From assembly GCF_902713615.1 (NCBI RefSeq), contig NC_052164.1, forward strand, positions 47,371,248-47,435,247: 64,000 bases of DNA. The letters are read 5' to 3'. The position numbers and the translations under genes are program-made. The notes under the pieces were generated by a model. It ran no database searches, was not told the DNA's origin, and worked only from the letters and a program-made list of their open reading frames with translations. Positions 60,991 to 64,000 of the stretch are shown here, in pieces (the stretch's first letter is position 1; each line of letters starts with the position of its first letter). The DNA comes from Scyliorhinus canicula (taxonomy: Eukaryota).

Positions 60991-61725
60991 AAAATTTAAA
61001 TACTGAATTCCGCTTCTCAAACTGCCATGGCATGGTGGCAATTTACTGCATGAATATTTGGGTTTCTCGCATTACTAGTTTATTAACATAACCACTTGTG
61101 TGTCGAGGATACATCCAGTGGTTGGAATGGAACTTGTTCATAAGGAAACTGAAGGTACCTAGGAATGCTACTTGACCAGCATATAATGTGTCCAAGCAGT
61201 GTGAGATGGCAAGAAATAAATAATCTAGAACGTAAGCGAGAGTAAGTAACTAATGAAACAAGTTTGAAACTAATCCAAATGTATCTTCCTGCACTACCCT
61301 TATATCCTTAATTTCCTTAGAACCCCAGAATCCACAATCTTTCATCTGGAATTTATTCAATACCTGAGCATCCACAGTGCTTTGGATAGTGAGTTATATT
61401 GCAAATCCCCTCATGCTGCCCACTATTCTGAATTTTATATGCAGTTCGGGTCTCCATTACATAGGCAAAATCTAAATTTTGGTGAAGGGTAATCATGGTA
61501 TAAAGAAAAGGCGCATGACAAACTAGGGTGCATTGAAATGTCTTGGTATTGTTCTTCTTTAGATTGACAAGAAACTTGGTGGAATCAAGAAATGGTTCAG
61601 ATATGCTAGGCTAGCAGAACAAGATGGGCTTGGGCTTGGAAAGGTGAAATTAGAGCAAATGTAATGTATTTTGTGGTAACTTGAGACCACAAAGCAGGCT
61701 GTTTAAAAGAAGAAACTTCTTTATA

Positions 61726-61930
61726 CAGGGTGAGCACCCCTTATTCGAAATGCTTGGGGCTGAGAGTGTCTCGGATTCTGTAATTTTTTGAATGAAATCA
61801 AAAATGAAAATCGCTTATTGTCACGAGTAGGCTTCAATGAAGTTACTGTGAAAAGCCCCTAGTCGCCACATTCCGGCACCTGTCCGGGGAGGCTGGTACG
61901 GGAATTTTTGAATACATTTTTGAATACCTG
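61726..61930 (+). mobile_element. Tc1/mariner Tigger-like MITE remnant
   Basis: TA|CAGG...CCTG|TA ends; 5' cagggtgagcaccccttattcgaaatgcttgggg resembles the Tigger4/MER46 terminus from memory. Confidence 0.55.
61791..61905 (-). mobile_element. SINE 3' half inserted in the MITE
   Basis: Reverse complement of the 54880 family; gaat flanks. Confidence 0.8.
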
Positions 61931-61999
61931 TATAGGTGTGAAATGTTGCTTAGCTAGCGGATCTCAGGTGAACACCGTGTTTTTTTTTTCATGAGAAAT

Positions 62000-62292
62000 A
62001 TAATAATCTTTATTAGTGTCACAAGTAGGATTACATCACACTGCAATGAAGTTACAGTGAGAGTCTCCTAATCGCCACACTCCGGCGCCTTTTTGGGTAC
62101 ACTGAGGGAGAATTCAGAATGTCCAATTCACCTAACAAGCACATCTTCAGGACTTGTGGGAGGAAATTGGAGCATCTGGAAGAAACGCATGTAGACCCAG
62201 GCAGACCGCACAGACAGTGACCCAAGCCGGGAATAGAACCCGGGTCCCTGGCACGGTAGCACAGTGCTACCGACTGTGCTGCCGTGCCGCCC
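62000..62292 (-). mobile_element. SINE with HE1 head/core and gtgacactaataa tail
   Basis: gggcggcacggcagcacagtcgg head; tail homologous to 54880 and 56703-56778. Confidence 0.85.
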
Positions 62293-63113
62293 ATGATTTC
62301 GGCACTTACATAAAAGGCGATTAACAGGAGGAACTGGTTGTACCAAGAAGAGTGCTTGAAGACAGCTCTTGAGATTATGTCAATAGCTCCAGAATATGGA
62401 AACCAAATGGACCATTTTTAATTAGACCTAGTAGCGCAACCTTGTAGAACTCTATCCCAGTTACAATTGACATCACCAGCACTCCCAGAATCATGGTACA
62501 TTGATAACTGGTAAGTAAGATCAAGGTTGCCATCTTTCATTTAAATGAAAGTCTTCTGATGTCGAAAATTTAACAAGTAATCTGGAGGATTAGTTTAGTA
62601 CTGGAATGTTGAAACATTTCTGGCAGTATTACTAAACAGTTAATTATTTCTGGAAGTAACTGCTCTAATTCCAAATTCCTGCTCACATTCTCAATTATGT
62701 CCCTTAATTTCAAGCCATTTTAATAACTACAGTATATGTATCTCTAAAAGGGCAGTTATGAATCATCACAGTGCTGCTACCTATTGGAAGCAGCCAAGGT
62801 ACTTACAGAGCTCAACAGCTTGGAACACCTCATTGCGCAGTCATCTGCATACCTGTTACAGCTTTCAGAATCTATTGAGCACTGGATTCCAGCACACGGG
62901 CAATTCTACACCTTCTGTAGCACCAAAAAAATAATTCTGATTAGAAAAGATGACTTAGAGGAAATTGTAACATGATTGCATTTTAGCGCAAGTCTCAAAC
63001 ACACCTAAAGCATAATACCTCTTTGTGCTATTGTAACAAAAGACACTTATGAAGGAAGATGCTGAAGAACAGGATCTGTTTTGCAAAGTCTGTAATTTTC
63101 TTTTTCATTCCAA

Positions 63114-63320
63114 AGGGCGGCAAGGGGCCGCAGTGGATTAGCCCTGCTTCCTCACGATGTTGAGAACCCGCTTTGATCCCGGCCCCGGGTCACTGTCCGT
63201 GTGGAGTTTGCACATTCTCCCCGTGTCTGCGTGGGTCTCACCCCCACAACCCAAAGATGTGTAGGGTAGGTAGATTAGCCACGCTAAATTGCCCCTTAAT
63301 TTGATTTTTTAAAAGAAAAT
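63114..63320 (+). mobile_element. Short A-tailed SINE
   Basis: Ends aaattgccccttaattt...tttttaaaagaaaa. Confidence 0.85.
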
Positions 63321-63329
63321 CCATGTTAA

Positions 63330-63660
63330 GGGCAGCACGGTAGCATTGTGGATACCATAATTGCTTCACAGCTCCAGGGTCCCAGGTTCGATTCCGGCTT
63401 GGGTGACTGTCTGTGTGGAGTCTGCGCATCCTCCCCGTGTCTGCGTGGGTTTCCTCCGGGTGCTCCGGTTTCCTCCCACAGTCCAAAGATGTGCAGGTTA
63501 GGTGGATTGGCCATGATAAATTGCCCTTAGTGTCCAAAATTGCCCTTAGTGTTGGGTGGGGTTACTGGGTTATATGGATAGGGTGGAGGCGTTGACCTCG
63601 GGTAGGGTGCTCCTTCCAAGAGCCTGTGCACTCCTTCTGCACTGTAAATTCTATAATTCT
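63330..63660 (+). mobile_element. HE1-type SINE
   Basis: Same subfamily as 15814 and 51146. Confidence 0.92.
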
Positions 63661-63733
63661 TTGAGGTCCTTTCAAGCACACATTAGAAATATTTGCAGTT
63701 GGGTCGGCTCCTTTAACCACTGTACTCCAGAAA

Positions 63734-64000
63734 CAGTCATTTTCAAACTCAGGATCGTGACCCCTGGGTGAGTTGCAGGCAGGGTCAGGAAGGTAGCGGA
63801 GTGATCGGGCGCGGCGTTCCCAATCATGGAAAGAAGTGCCTGAAGGCCGTGACAGGCTTTCAAGAATGCCGGCTGTCCCGTGCATGTGTGCCCCCTCAGC
63901 CGGGTGTAGCAGTGTGCTGGCCCGGAGCCTAGTGGGGTAGACCACCTCCTCAGTACTTGAACGTGCTGTTCCAGGAGTAGAATCTTTTTTAAAAATCGAT
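63734..64000 (+). mobile_element. Possible hAT (Charlie-like) element 5' end, CpG-rich
   Basis: cagtcattttcaaactcaggatcgtgacccc resembles Charlie-type termini; no second TIR seen in the window. Confidence 0.3.

Noticed and set aside
901-63660. tRNA genes and the recurring 60-100-aa ORFs (e.g. WPIHLTCTSLDCGRKPEH)
   Set aside because: These are SINE heads and bodies; no complete cloverleaf and no coding signal.

Overview
Repeat-dense vertebrate genomic DNA. The SINE/LINE content (HE1-type tRNA/V-SINEs, HER1/CR1 LINEs, a Deu/SacSINE1-like SINE) points to a cartilaginous fish, probably a catshark-like shark; this is an inference. I could not support any host protein-coding exon, tRNA or rRNA gene. 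The window looks intronic or intergenic and has two 138-N gaps. Main contents: many SINEs; CR1, L2, RTE and L1 remnants; a ~9-kb nested L1 cluster (17.5-26.4 kb); an internally deleted, rearranged Gypsy (14.5-16.2 kb); and a near-complete Gypsy (40.9-45.8 kb). Most notable: (1) four small Penelope-type non-coding inserts carrying minimal hammerhead-ribozyme motifs, including one intact core, one palindromic double copy with a 12-bp TSD, and a U3-A8 covariant core; (2) the near-complete Gypsy has no tRNA PBS but a 14-nt site perfectly complementary to its own LTR, suggesting self-priming; (3) a 251-bp near-perfect inverted duplication inserted in a SINE head; (4) a twin-priming-type L1 inversion plus two inward-facing L1s fused tail-to-tail; (5) an A-tailed SINE subfamily with 12-15-bp TSDs. 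Family names come from motif recognition and memory, not database searches. Boundaries of decayed repeats are approximate.
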